Positions 1 to 12,924 of a stretch of DNA of 64,000 bases are shown piece after piece (the first letter of the stretch is position 1; every line of letters starts with the position of its first letter). This DNA is from Mobula hypostoma (taxonomy: Eukaryota). Below the pieces are notes generated by a model, which searched no databases, was not told the origin of the DNA, and was given only the letters and a program-made list of their open reading frames with translations. The translations under genes and the position numbers were made by a program. Location of the stretch: assembly GCF_963921235.1 (NCBI RefSeq), contig NC_086097.1, forward strand, positions 220,040,001 through 220,104,000, read 5' to 3'.

Positions 1-420
1 GCAAGCCAGCCCTTCTGTACAGGTCCTACCTTCCCTGGAAGAGAGCCCAATAATCCAAAAATCTGAAGCCTTACTCCTGCACCATCTCCTCAGCCATGTG
101 TTAAACTATGTTATCTTCCTATTTCTGGCCTCACTAGCACATAGTATGGGGAGCAATCCTGAGATCACAAACCTGGAGGTCCTCCCCTTTAACTTAGCAC
201 CTAGCTCCATGAACCCAGTTTGAAGGACATTGTTACCCTTCCAACCAACTACATTGGTACTGACATAGACTACGACTGGCTGCTCACCCCGCTACTTAAA
301 GAATGCTGTGGACTCAGTCTGAGATGTCCCTGACCTTGGCACCAGGGAGGCAACATATCATCCACAGAATCGCCTGCTTGTTCCTCAAACCAATAAACCC
401 CTTATCACTACGGCTTGTCT
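1..420 (-). mobile_element. Degenerate CR1 LINE ORF1 (esterase region) fragment
   Basis: Minus strand gives ...WMICCLPGAKVRDISD, the CR1 ORF1 SGNH-esterase motif CCLPGA.VRD also seen in the better-preserved copies in this window. Confidence 0.75.
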
Positions 421-3399
421 CTTCAAGCATTGGAGAGCCAGTAGAGTACAGAAGGCAGGTTTTTTGTTTATCAAAAACACCATATAAAACATGCCTTAAA
501 GTTTTCTGTCTTGTGCCCTTGAGCCTAGCAATCCAGATTATTTTTTCTAAACTTCCTGAAAGGACTATAACCAAGTATAATGGAGATTGGGACAGTTATT
601 GTTCTTAGAAAATCTATTCTACATTACAAATGTGCAAAAAAGAATCTGGACTACAGATTATATTTAATAGAATCTGTGCAAAAATTTCCCTAAACATTGC
701 TTAATTCCCTAAATTAAGCTAAATTGGAAAGAATTACTCTGCGATTAAGGTCAAATGATCAGAGACAAAAGCTGCAATTTCTAACACAAAATATGGATGT
801 TTTGATGAACAACACATTTTCTTATTAAAATCATAGCATTGACGATAATAATGGTGCACAGAAAAGCCTCTGTTCAAAATCTGCACATTGTGATCATGAC
901 TTGTGTGCCCTTATTTGAGTGCTAAGTGGCTGCCCACTTTTTTCAAAGCAGATATTCTTGTAATTACTTGTTTCACACCATCATCTTCTTTGTCTTTGTG
1001 GAATATGGAGTATGGGAGTGGAGTATCTGACGGAACCTCAAAGTTGTTGTTGCACTTCAACACTCATCTACCCCAGTCATCAAAGTGGAGATTATGTGCC
1101 CAGCTGAGCTGAGCCTGGAGAGGATTGTGCCCCTGACACAGACTTTCCACAAGGGTTCCTGTCTCTGTCATTTGCTAGTGCACCTCCAGGTGAAATCCTA
1201 GTCAGCTCTCTAACTGCACCCACTGAAATGTGAGTACCTGTACTGGGGCACAGCTGTGTGCTGCTACACTGAATCTTCTGAAGGAATTTAATCCTCCGAG
1301 GAAGTGTCCTTGTGCATGTCCAGCAAAGCTTGCCATATGCATGAAGGTCCTAGAAGACAAAAGGGATATGATTCAGTTGTGGCAAAGTCACAATCTGACA
1401 CTCACTATTCTTGGCATTCTCACAGTTCAGTCACTGATGAAATAAAGTCAGCAAAGATGTGTCAGATTTACTTGTAATACAGTCACCATCTACCTGAAAG
1501 TTCCCAGCTTCTGTATCACTGACCAAGAAGGTCTGATTTCCCGTGCTGACACCTCTGTACTGTGATTCCCACATCTTGTTGAGGCACGCCCCTCACCACT
1601 CTTTGCCTGCTGGTGGCAAAAAGAACCAATAACTGAAGTTCAGATCTCCGCATGTATTTGGTGAGAGTGATAATGAGACAAACACATCAGCTCACATGGG
1701 AATGGAGTAGGAGACAGCATTAAATGAATGAATGGATAGACGTTGTTGCGTTGATAGCAAAGACTGGGGCAGATAAAAATTGATTGGCTATGAGAAGAGG
1801 TGCCAAGCGGATGTTCAGCAAGACAAGAGTGGGAGGTTATAAAGCTTAAAACAAAGGATGCAGGTCCATCAAAAAATATACTTACTTTTCCTGACTTGGC
1901 TTAGGTCATTATATAAATTGCAGTTCTCCGTTCCAAGGCCTGGTCAGCGCTCTCTTGATGTTCACTCCTCAGCTATCTCACCTGGTGAAGGGCACTGAAT
2001 TCTTCTTCCCACAGCCAGGGAAATGCACGTCTCTGCTTCTCCAGGTTACACTCCTTGATAACTCCAGGATGCGTGTTAAATTCCTTTGTTCTCTGGTCAT
2101 CCATCCAAACATCTGCTGCATTCTATAAATGCCAATTCTGCACTGACTCTCCAGGCCTTAAAGTAGTGGATTACTGAACAGGACACCTGCCTACTAGGTA
2201 ACTTTGAAATTTAAAACCCGTATCTCATAATTTATTGCTTAGTCAATCCAAAATCTCCGAGTCTGATCCAATGACTTTACTTTCAGGTTTTAGCCAGTAA
2301 TTCCACACCTAATACTTCACGGACTTATCCATCCTTAAGTGATCAGCTTTCAGCACATCGTTTTGAGCAATTAAAATTTATTTTCCATTTGTGCAGTTTT
2401 CTTTACATTTTCTATTTAAAGTTGGCTTAGTGACTACATTTGGAACTTGACATTATGTAATGCCCTTTGAATCTGATGATTAAATTGCTGAGGTAGAAGA
2501 TAGAAATGCCAGATCATACTGCATTTAAAGAGAAGCACAAGTCAATGTTTGAGATCAGAGGTCCTTCCTTGGGTCAAATATAGCAGTGATGAATAACGTT
2601 TGACATGAAACAGATACTTAATAAAGGTAGTGATGTGGATGTGCACTAGTGTGCAAATGTACTATGGTCAATAGCAGATGGTAAGAACAATGGAATGGTG
2701 AGCCCAGACAAGTAATCTCAACAGAAGATACAATGGTACCAGCATAAGCTTAGAAATTATAGAACTGATAGATGATTTGTGGGCAAGCAACATGAGACAA
2801 TGACTTTGGTTAAAAATTTACTAGAGCTCAAAAATTTTGTGACCATTATATCTTCAGAGCCAAAACATCATCGGTGAAGTAATCAATGTATCTATCAGGT
2901 GAGAAACACCATAGCCTCTTGTGGCACGAGATGGGCAAACTGTGGAAATGTAGCATTACAGCTCATCATATTAAAAGGAAAATCCAGCTCATATCTGATA
3001 TTTAAACAAGTGGCTATAGATTGATGCAGTTATTTGCAGAAACTGAATAATGTTGCAGTCTTTTGTGGTTACTATCAAATACACTCCTTTATTACCACAA
3101 AGCAATACTGGTAACACTGATAGCAACACTGCTGAGTATACAACATACCTAGCATTATGGCTAGGTTATGGAAATTCACCTTTATGGCATTCACAAATTA
3201 CTACCTAAAAATTCTGAGATACACAGTAAAATTTGCTCTTAAAACATAGAACATCTGTTCCCGATGTTGTGCCAACCTTTTAACCTACTTCATGATGGAA
3301 TTATCTTATGGAAAATATGTAAGAAATAAACACAAATGCAAAAGAAACAATACATTTTGTCTTTCATTTATTTTCAATTCACATTTCATGATGTAGGTT

Positions 3400-3510
3400 A
3401 ACTGTGCACTGATGATGTCTCCTAGTACAGTGATGAAATGTTGGTAAGTAAATTGCCAAGCTCAGAGAACAACTGAACCAAACCATCAATCGCCTGAGCT
3501 ACACCTTTTC
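3400..3510 (+). mobile_element. Fragment of a second Penelope-type terminal repeat with a degenerate hammerhead core
   Basis: ctgatga-tgtctcctagtacagtgat-gaaatgtt fits CUGAUGA...GAAA with a decayed stem II. Its flanks differ from the main Penelope family here. Confidence 0.45.
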
Positions 3511-4769
3511 CAATTAATTTGCAATGTGATATTATTTTTAAGCACGACAAGATTTATTTTGCTTTTTAACAATTATTTTCCCATATCATTTATTGTAAAG
3601 ATGTCTGAAACAGGTTTAGTGGAAATTGTAAACTTAACTGAAGATTGGAAGATGATAAGCAGCTGTGGTACCATTGGCATTACAGTTGAGAGAAAACCAT
3701 CCCATGCAAATACGTTTCCACTTATAACATGGGATTCAAAGGGAAGTAGGTTTGATCTCACAGTTCAGTGTTTCCGAACACAAATGTGCTCATTTTATGT
3801 CTATTGAACAGGTATTGATGCATCTAACATAAAGTGAAGGATTTACATACTCATTCTATGATCAAATTCCAATGTAATTATATTCCAGCTCAGGCTGCTG
3901 TTGATTACAACTCATTCTTCCTCATTCCCACCTCCAAGGCAGGGTCAGTGCCCAGCCACCTGTTCTCATGCTGCACAAATTTCCTCTGTGGGCCATGAGA
4001 GGTGTTGACAGCTCTATACTGATATACATAGGCAGCGGAGAAACAAATTTATTGCCCTCTGCTGCTGGCATCTGTCCACATTCTTTTTGCCTTGGGATTC
4101 CAATGCTTTATGACATTTATTCTTTGAGGTTTTTTTTCTGTTTCGTGGATGTTGCGAAGAGTAAGAATTTCAGGTAGTATATTGTATGCATTTTGATTTT
4201 CCAGAAATCAAAATATATCAGCTTTAGTTCAATATATAATAAACTATCTTCACTTCCAAATATCTTTGACCCTGCTTGCTTACTTAAGAAATTTGAAAGT
4301 TTTTCACAATTTAGATCTGGATGTTGAGATTCGGTGAGCTATTTTGTGATGGTCAACGTTGACAATATGAATTTCAGGAAATCTCTGCAAAATAAACAGG
4401 ACCCAGGACATGACTCCCTAACTTAGACCACGAGCCCCAGTTTACTGCTTTCTTACAAAAAAGCCAGCAAGTGCAGATTTTCCTAGACTAAATACCTTTA
4501 TTTCAATTCAGTACTGTACTCTCTAATGGAGTAATATAATGCCAAAATAATATTTTAAATATGATGTGATTAGTCACCAAAGTTTCATTAAAAGTAGGAA
4601 GAGGAAAATTCACATGAACTAGGGTAAGAAGGAACAATGCCCAGCTAAAAAAAATCTCCAAATTGTTAAAACTTAACAAGGCTAAATATGTTTATAGATA
4701 TAATAGTGATTTTCCATTGCTGAACAGAGCTTGGAACACAACATGTGAAAACAATGTTTTGGTGAGAAG

Positions 4770-4872
4770 GCGGGGGAGTGGGACTAAATGGAAGAATGGA
4801 TCAGCTCATGATAAAATGGCGGAGCAGACGCGATGGGCCGAATGGCCGACGTCTGCTCCTTTGTCTTATGGA
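4770..4872 (+). mobile_element. CR1 3' end fragment
   Basis: ggatcagctcatgataaaatggcggagcagacgcgatgggccgaatggcc...gctcctttgtcttatgg, the same 3' UTR and tail type as 10640-10720, 43240-43315 and 51780-51860. Confidence 0.7.
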
Positions 4873-6717
4873 AAAAACAAAAACTGGAGTGACTGATATA
4901 TCTGAGAGGGCATTGGGGGGTATGCTTTCTGTAAAATGTTAAGTACATACATTTTTATAAATTTTAATTAAACTTCAGCATTATTTGCAAATAAATACTT
5001 TAAGTAGTAGAAAGAAACAATGGTTTATTTGAATTTACAAACAACAACAATCCCCAAAAGTTACAGAAAGGTGAAAAAATGCAGTAGCAACATATCTGAA
5101 ATGGAAACAAAAACAAGGAAGGCTGCAGATGCTGGAAATCAGAAGCAAAACATGAATTGGTCCTGCTAAAGGTTTCTGACCAAAAATAATAATTGTCCAT
5201 TTCCTTCCATAAATGCTACTTGACCCACTGAATTCCTCCAGCATTTTGTGCTATGCTATTTGTGATGAAGATTCAAGATGAAGTTTGAACTGTGGCAAAT
5301 CAGTGAACAGGATTCATTAACAAGGGCAAATAAAAATATATTGCAGAGGTTATGGCCTGGCCATTGTTGGAGTGTGTCAGTGTTAGAGTGGGGAAGCTTT
5401 GGCTTATCAGGCTTAGGAGAGGTAAGTGTCTGGTAAGTTTCTTCTTCTTTATATTCTTCATTCCTCATCTATTAGGACATAGTTAAAGCAGTGAGAATGA
5501 TTCCAGGGGCAGTGTGATGTTCTTTGTACGAGATGTGGGAATTCTAGGAGACCTACAGCCTCCCAGATAACTACATCTGTACCAGGTGCACCAAGCTGCC
5601 GCTCCTCAAAAGACATGCTAAGGAACTGAAGCTGCAACTTGACGATATTCAGCTCATACGGGAGACTGAGGATGTGATAGATAGAAGCTATAGGGAGGGT
5701 GTCACCCCTGGGTTGCAGGAGATAGCTGGGTGATTGTCAGGAGAAGGAATGGAAATGGACAGCCAGTACAGAGTACCTCAGTGGCTACTCCCCTCAGTAA
5801 TAAGTATGCCTTTTTTGATACCGTTGAGGTGGACACCCTACTGGGGGGAGCCACAGTGGCCGGGTCTCTGACACTGTCTGGTGCTGTGCTCAGAAGAGGG
5901 GTACGGTAGTGATAGGAGATTCCATTCTTAGAGAAATAGAGACAAGATTCCTTGGATGTGATAGGGACACCCGGATGGTATGTTGCCTCCCAGGTGGCAG
6001 GGTCAGGGATTTCTTGGATCAGGTCCATGGCATTCTAAGCGGGAGGAGAAGCAGCCATAACTCTTGGTACAGATTAGCACCAAAGACATAGGTAGAAAAG
6101 GTGAAGCAGTCCTGAGGAGAGATCTTAGGGAGCTAGGTAGAAAGCTGAAAAGCAGAACCACCAGGGCAGTAATCTCTGGATTTCTGTCTGTGCCACGCAC
6201 CAGCAAATGTAAGAATAGGAGCATTTGGCAGATAAGTGTGTGGTCAAGGAACTGCTGCAGGGGGCAAGGGTTCAGATATCTGGATTATTGGGATCTCTTC
6301 TGGGGAAGGTATGACCTGTACAAAAGGGACGGATTACACCTAAACAGAGGGGAACCAATATCCTCATGGGCAGGTGGTTTAATCTAATTTGGCAAAGGAA
6401 TGAGAACTGAAGTGAAAGTGCTGAGGATGTAGCAGCTGGCATATAAACAGAGGCATTGTGTAGTGAGACTGCAAGCAAGGTCAGGCAAATGATAGGGCAA
6501 AATTGCAGTTACAGTTACAATGTCAAAGGGGGACAAAATCAAAAAGGGTGATGAATACAGGACTGAAGGTGTTATATCTGAATGCACGCAGTATACAGAA
6601 TAAGGTAAGTGATCTTGTAGTGCAGTTACAGATTGGCAGGTATGATGTGGGCATCTCTGAGTCATGGCTGAAAGTAGATCATGGTTGGGAGCTTAACACC
6701 CAAGAACACACATTGTC

Positions 6718-7994
6718 ATAGAGTCATACAAAATACAGTAAAGAAACAGGCCTATCTTCCCATCTAGTCTATGTCAAAACATTTAAACGGTTTACTCCCA
6801 GCTACCTGCACCAAGACCATAGCCCTCCATATCCCTACCATGCATGTACCTATCCAAACTTCTCCTAAACGTTGAAATAGAGTTTGCATGCATGCACCAC
6901 TTGCACTGGCAGCTCATTCAGAACTCTCATGACCTTCTGCGTGAAGAAGATTTCCCTCATGTCCCGCTTAAACTTTTCACCTTTCACCCTTAACCCATGA
7001 TATCTAGTTGTAGTCCAACCCGACCTCAGCAGAAAAAGCCTGCTTGCATTTACCCTATTTATATCTCCCATTAGTTTGTATAACTCTACCAAATCTCCTC
7101 TCAATCTTCGACATTCCGAGGGATAAAGTCCTATCCTATTAAATCTTTCCTTATAACGCAGGCCCTCCAGACCTGGCAACATCCCTGTAAATTTTGTCTG
7201 TACTCTTTCAACCTTACTTACATCTTTCCTGTAGGTAAGTGACCAAACCTACATGCAATACTCCACATTAGGCCTCACCAATGTCTTATACAACTTCAAC
7301 TTAACGTCCCATCTCCAGTACTCAGTACTTTGATCTATGAAGGCCAATGTGCCAAAAGCTTTCTTTATGACCCTATTTACCTGTGATGGCACTTTCAATG
7401 ATTAGGGACCCATCCTCCCTGATCCCTTTGTTCTACCACACTCCTCAGTGCCCCACCGTTCACTTTATAAGACCTACCCTGGTTGGTTGCACCAAAGTGC
7501 AACATCTCACACTTGCCTGCATTAAATTTCATCTGTCTTTTTCAGCCCATTTTTCCAGCAGGTCTAGATCCCACAGTAAGCCATGACAGCTTTCCTTGCA
7601 GTCCACTAGAACCCTATTCTTGGTGTCATCCACAAATTTGCTGATCCAGTTATCCACATTATCATCCAGATCACTGGTATAGATGGCAAACAACAATAGA
7701 CCAGCACCGATCCCTGCAGCACTCCACTAGTCACAGGCCTCTAGTCAGAGAAGCAACCATCTACTACTACTCTCTGGCTTGTATCACAAGGCCAATGTCT
7801 AATCCATTTTACTACCTCATCTGGAATACTGAGCAACTGAACATTCTTGACCAACCTCCCATGCAGTAACTTGTCAAATGCCTTACTAAAGTCCATGTAG
7901 GCAACATCCACTGCCTTGCCTTCATCAACTTTCCTGGTAGCTTCCCCAAAAAACCCTAAGAATGATTTGATATAACCTACCATGCATTAAGCCA
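6718..7994 (-). mobile_element. 5'-truncated CR1 LINE nested in the 5380-10720 CR1
   Basis: RT motifs YMDFSKAFDK and MLPGLEGL..RRLRGDL on the minus strand. The host CR1 sequence resumes after about 7995. Confidence 0.85.
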
Positions 7995-8165
7995 ATGTAA
8001 CAAAAGGACGGTGACATTGGCAGTGGGGGTGGGGTGGCTCTGTTGGTAAAAAAAAATAAAATAAAATCCTTGGAAAGAGGTGACATAGGTCCAGAAAATG
8101 CAGAATCTTTGTGGACAGTTTAACAAACTGCAAGGGTAAAAAGACCCTGATGGGAATTTTTACAA

Positions 8166-8245
8166 AGGATGTTTGTGAAGAAAAAGAATTTCAGGATGTA
8201 TATTGTATACACTGCTTTCACATTAAATGTACCTATTGAAAGCCT
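8166..8245 (+). repeat. 3' tail of the non-autonomous retroposon family seen at 41052-41825
   Basis: ggatgtttgtgaagaaaaagaatttcaggatgtatattgtatac closely matches 41750-41795. A similar piece is at about 4140-4195. Confidence 0.6.
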
Positions 8246-8572
8246 ATTGAATATCCAGTCCTCCAAACAGAAGCCAGAGCGGGAATTTGCAGAATGCCTA
8301 TGATATGGCTTTTTGGAGCAGCTTGTGTTGAACACACCAGTGGAAAGGCAATTCTGGATTGGGTATCATGTAATGATCCAGATTCGATTAGGAAGCTTAA
8401 AGTAAAGGAACCCTTAGGAGGTAGTGATCATAATATGATAAAATTCAACCTTCAGTCTGAGAGGGAGAAGATAAAGTCAGATGTATCATTATTACAGTGG
8501 AGTAAAGGGAATCGCAGAGGCATGAGAGAGGATTTGGCCAAAGTTGACTGAAAGGGAAACTAGCAGGGATGA

Positions 8573-9257
8573 GGCAACACACATCAAAGTTGCTGGTGAA
8601 CGCAGCAGGCCAGGGAGCATCTGTAGGAAGAGGTACAGTCGACATTTCAGGCCGAGACCCTTCGTCAGGACTAACTGAAGGAAGAGCTAGTAAGGGATTT
8701 GAAAGTGGGTGGGGGAGGGGGAGATCCAAAATGATAGGAGAAGACAGGAGGGGGAGGGGTGGAGCCAAGAGCTGGACAGGTGATAGGCAAAAGGGATATG
8801 AGAGGATCATGGGTCAGGAGGCCCAGGGAGAAGGAAAAGGGGGAGGGGGGGGAAACCCAGAGGATGGGCAAGAGGTATAGTCAGAGGGACAGAAGGAGAA
8901 AATGGAGAGAGAGAGAGAGAAAGAATGTGTGTATATAAATAAATAACGGATGGGGTACGAGGGGGAGGTGGGGCATTAGCAGAAGTTTGAGAAGTCAATG
9001 TTCATGCCATCAGGTTGGAGGCTACCCAGACGGAATATAAGGTGTTGTTCCTCCAACCTGAGTGTGCCTTCATCTTTACAGTAGAGGAGGCTGTGGCTAG
9101 ACATATCAGAATGGGAATGGGATGTGGTATTAAAATGTGTGGCCACTGGGAGATCCTGCTTTCTCTGGCGGACAGAGCGTAGGTGTTCAGCAAAACGATC
9201 TCCCAGTCTGCATCGGGTCTCACCAATATATAGAAGGCCACATCGGGAGCACCGGAC
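8573..9257 (-). mobile_element. 5'-truncated Penelope-like element (GIY-YIG end plus terminal repeat) with 11-bp TSD
   Basis: RCSRCGLLYIGETRCRLGDRFAEH...LQPDGMNIDFSNF. TSD agcagggatga at 8562-8572 and 9258-9268. Confidence 0.9.
8637..8672 (-). ncRNA. Minimal hammerhead ribozyme (type I), variant with one stem III change
   Basis: agtc-CTGACGA-a-gggtctcggcct-GAAA-tGTC-gact. Confidence 0.7.
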
Positions 9258-12200
9258 AGCAGGGATGACGGCAGAGCAGCTGGTGTTTCTGGGGAAAGTT
9301 GGAAGGCACAATATAAAAACATTCAAAAGATGAAAAAGTATTCTAAAGGGAGAATGAGGCAACTGTGGCTGACAAGGGAACTCAAAGACAGCCATAAAAG
9401 CAAAAGAAAGTGCATATAATATAGCAAAAATTAGTGGGAAAGTAGAGAATTGGGAATCTTTTAAAAACCAGCAGAAGAGAACTAGAAAAACCCTAAAGAG
9501 AGAAAATATGAAATACAAAGGTAAGCTAACCAACAATGTAAAAGAGAATACAACATTTTTTTCAGAAATATGAGGAATAACAGAGAGATAAGATTGGATA
9601 TCAGACTGCTAGTAAATTACACTGGAGCAGTAGCAAAGGGAACAAAGAAATGACAGAAGAACTTAATAAGTATTTTATGACAGTGTTCACTATGGAAGGC
9701 ACTAGAAGAATGTCAGAAATATGGGAGTGTCAAGGGGCAGAAGTGAATGTCGTTGCTTGGGAATCTGAAAAGTCTGAAGGTAGATAAGTCACCTGGACCA
9801 GATGGACCACATTGCAGGGTTCTGAAAGAGTTAACTAAAGAGATTGTGGAGACATTAGTAATGGTCTTTCAAGAATCACTAGATTCTGCCATGGTTCCTA
9901 AAGACCACGAGGGAATGGGGAAAGAAGTGGCAGATAGAATATAATTTATGGACATGCATTATAATGTAGGGAACCGGTCAATCACTTTGGCAGAAGGAAT
10001 AAAGACATGGACTATTTTGCAAATGGAGAGAAAATTCAAAGCTCAGATGTACAGAGGTACATACTTGGCAGTCCTCATGCAGGTTTCCCCAAAGGTTAAG
10101 TGGGTGGTAGGGAGGCAAACACATTAGCATTCATTTGGAGAATACTATGTTAAGGCTTTATAAGGCATTGGTTAGCCCACACTTGGAGTATTGTGAGCAT
10201 TTTTTGGCCCCTTGTCTGAGAAAGGATGTAGTGTCATTGGAGAGGCTTCAGAGGTGGTTGACAAAAATGATCCCAAAAATGAAAGGGTTAAAATATGAGG
10301 AGTGTTTGATGGCTCTGGACCTTTACTCGGTGGAGTGTAGAAGAATGAGGGGTTTCTCATTGAAACCTATTGATTATTGAAAGGTCTGGATAGAATGCCT
10401 CTTGTAGTAGGAGAGTCTGGACCAGAGGGCACAGCCTCAGAATTGAGTGATGTCCACTTGGGAACAGAGATGAGGAACATTTTCTTTAGCCAGGGAGTGG
10501 TGAATATGTGGAATTCTTTGCCACTAATGGCTGTGCAGGCCAAGTCATTGGGTATTATATAAGGCAGAGGTTGAGAGGTTTTTGATTAATCCAGGCACCA
10601 AAGTTTATGGGAAGAAGGCAGTAGAATAAGGTTGTGAGGGTTAATAAATCAGTCATAATGGAATTGCAGAACAGACTCGATGGGCCAAATAGCCTAATTA
10701 TGCTCCTGGATCTTATAGCTATCGAAGGCAAGAGCTCAAGGCAGACACAGCAAAACATGAGGAAGATTGTTGGACGAGCTGGAATGTGCCCCATCTGTTG
10801 GAACTCTGTTTGGCTGAGGGGCCACCCAGGCAGACTCCATTGTAAGAGATCTGGTGTTAAGTGATGGATTGTGCAGGGAAGTGACACAACGTACTGCGCA
10901 GATCAATTTTCTGGCAGCTTATGACACCACCTGCTAATAACAGCTGTGTCCACCTGAAATGGTCCTTTTGTGCAATCAATCAACACGATCCTCAAAAGAA
11001 ATGCCTAGAAAGATATCTTATTTGTGTATGATGTTGAATGTAAAATATAAATAATTCAAAGAGTCTCCATATCCATTAAATGCCAACCTGATCAAATTGT
11101 TGTAAAATGCATGACTTCACTGCTGCTGTGGCTACTTTGTTTTCTAGCAGCCATCAATCTTGAGCTTAAGTCCAAAGAGCTCAATGTCAGAAACAAGGAT
11201 TATTTTTAAAGAACAAACAAGAACAAGTGTTTCTTTTTCCAAGAGGTTAATGCTCTTTTAAATAATTGCCACTCAACTGGTAATACAGCCACTGCATCAA
11301 GCCATTGCAATCTTGGTTCGTGGGAATTTTCCTCGATGAACATCCACACCATTAATCTCCTTGCAGTGCAAGAGAGGAAGGCTGCCAGTATAAAAGCAAA
11401 GTGGGCCTCCTTAGAGAAAGAGGCTTCTTTTCACCAGCCTGCCTTGAGCGAGCTCCACATCATTTCACAAACCCCATCACTCAGAGGTTTCTCAGAAAAT
11501 AAGGTGAGGAAGCATTCACCGTTGTATACTTAACAATGCATGTGCACCTGCAAAGAGTAACACAAGGGCTGAATGGCTTCTTCAGCTTATTTTCTCCTCA
11601 TAACTCCATAAATGCATACTTAGAAAACCCGCCCCTGTGAAGCAATTTTTTATTTGACAAGTTTACATAAGGTGCAGTGCTTCTGAACACTTCTAGAAAA
11701 GGTGTGTTTTAATGGGGGAGGGGGGAGTATCCTGACCTATGATTCCCAGTCCACCACACTTGTCAATCCTCACCACTTTGACAGGTCCCATGATGTGCCC
11801 AGTCAGGCATTCTTTGCATGAGTATGTAAACAATTAAATGATGGGGAAAAAAAGCATTCACTTTGAGCTGCAACAGAATTCAGAGACCTTTTATGATGTT
11901 TGAGCAGCCATCAGTAGATTTTGAAGGTGTGCTGTCAAGAGTCCCATTATCAATTACCTCCTTTTAAACCAGGAAAGCAAATGCAGAGTAGCGCAACATA
12001 GTGAGAGCTGAACTTTGAATGAACAATGAAAGGATTACGTTGCATCCCTAAAGCCCAATTTATGCAGCTGAATCTACAATGAACATCAATGGTGTCATCA
12101 ATAGGCTGCAAATGATGCTGCAGATAAATTCATGGACTAATTCCTACTTTGAACATAAACTTAAATCATGCACTGGACAGCTTGTCTGAGCTGAATCAGC

Positions 12201-12284
12201 AAGTGTGTCCAATTTCTAGGCAGTGGAATTGTCCAGTCAATTTTTTAAAAATCTAGAGCAAGGAAATTCTATAAACTTACAGTT

Positions 12285-12500
12285 AGCGTGACACAGTGGT
12301 ATACCTGTTAGTACTACAGCAACCCAGCTTCAGCTGATCCTGGACTTGGATCGAATCTGCATATTCTCTCCATGCGAGTTTTCCCTGGGCTTGCCTTGTT
12401 TCTTCCCACACCTCAAAGCTGAGCTGCTTGGTAAATTGGCTACTGTAAATTGCCCCTAATGTAGATAGGTGGCAGGGAGATTGGGTGATAGTCGATGGGA
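12285..12500 (+). mobile_element. Degenerate V-SINE (HE1/MER6-like)
   Basis: V-domain-like tgcatattctctccatgcgagttttccctgggc...cttcccacacctcaaag...aattggctactgtaaattgcccct. Confidence 0.6.
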
Positions 12501-12924
12501 TGGGAGAGAGACCGCTTCGCAAGGGAAAAGTGGGAATATGGGATCGATGGATAGATTCAAATGAACACACAATACAGGAAAGTCAGAAGAAACAGAGTTG
12601 TGCATTAAAGAGAGAGAGAAAGAAATCAAGTATTTAAAGCAGTACAAAGGAAAGAAAATGAGGAAGACGTTAGAGGGTCTGGAGAGGGATTTGCAATGCT
12701 TAAAAAAGAAAATAAGACCAGGAGACAAGAAGAAATAAAATTTTGGAGCTGTAGCAACAAGTATAACATGGAAACAAAGAAAGACAAATACATCCTTTGG
12801 GGGGGGGGGCTGTCAGAGCATATTTGCCCAAAAAGTACATTGAACATTTACTAATCTGAGACTTTTTCATAACTTCCTCCATAAGAGAGGCTTTAGTTAC
12901 CTGGTTTTCTAACAATAGAATTGT

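Larger units (their letters stand above)
5380..10720 (+). mobile_element. Decayed CR1 LINE (ORF1 plus ORF2 remnants), interrupted by younger insertions
   Basis: ORF1 motifs IGDSILR..MVCCLPGGRVRD and WDLFWGRYDLYKRDGLHLN. ORF2 motifs LYLNARSI, KSPGPDG and PHLEYC. 3' tail near 10720. Many stops, frameshifts and deletions. Confidence 0.85.

Noticed and set aside
1100..2200. Additional LINE ORF1 remnants
   Set aside because: Looks like decayed repeat sequence but is too degenerate to assign a family or boundaries.
10740..11000. Possible Harbinger transposase relic (LIDCT on the minus strand)
   Set aside because: Only a five-residue resemblance, with no TIRs or further motifs.
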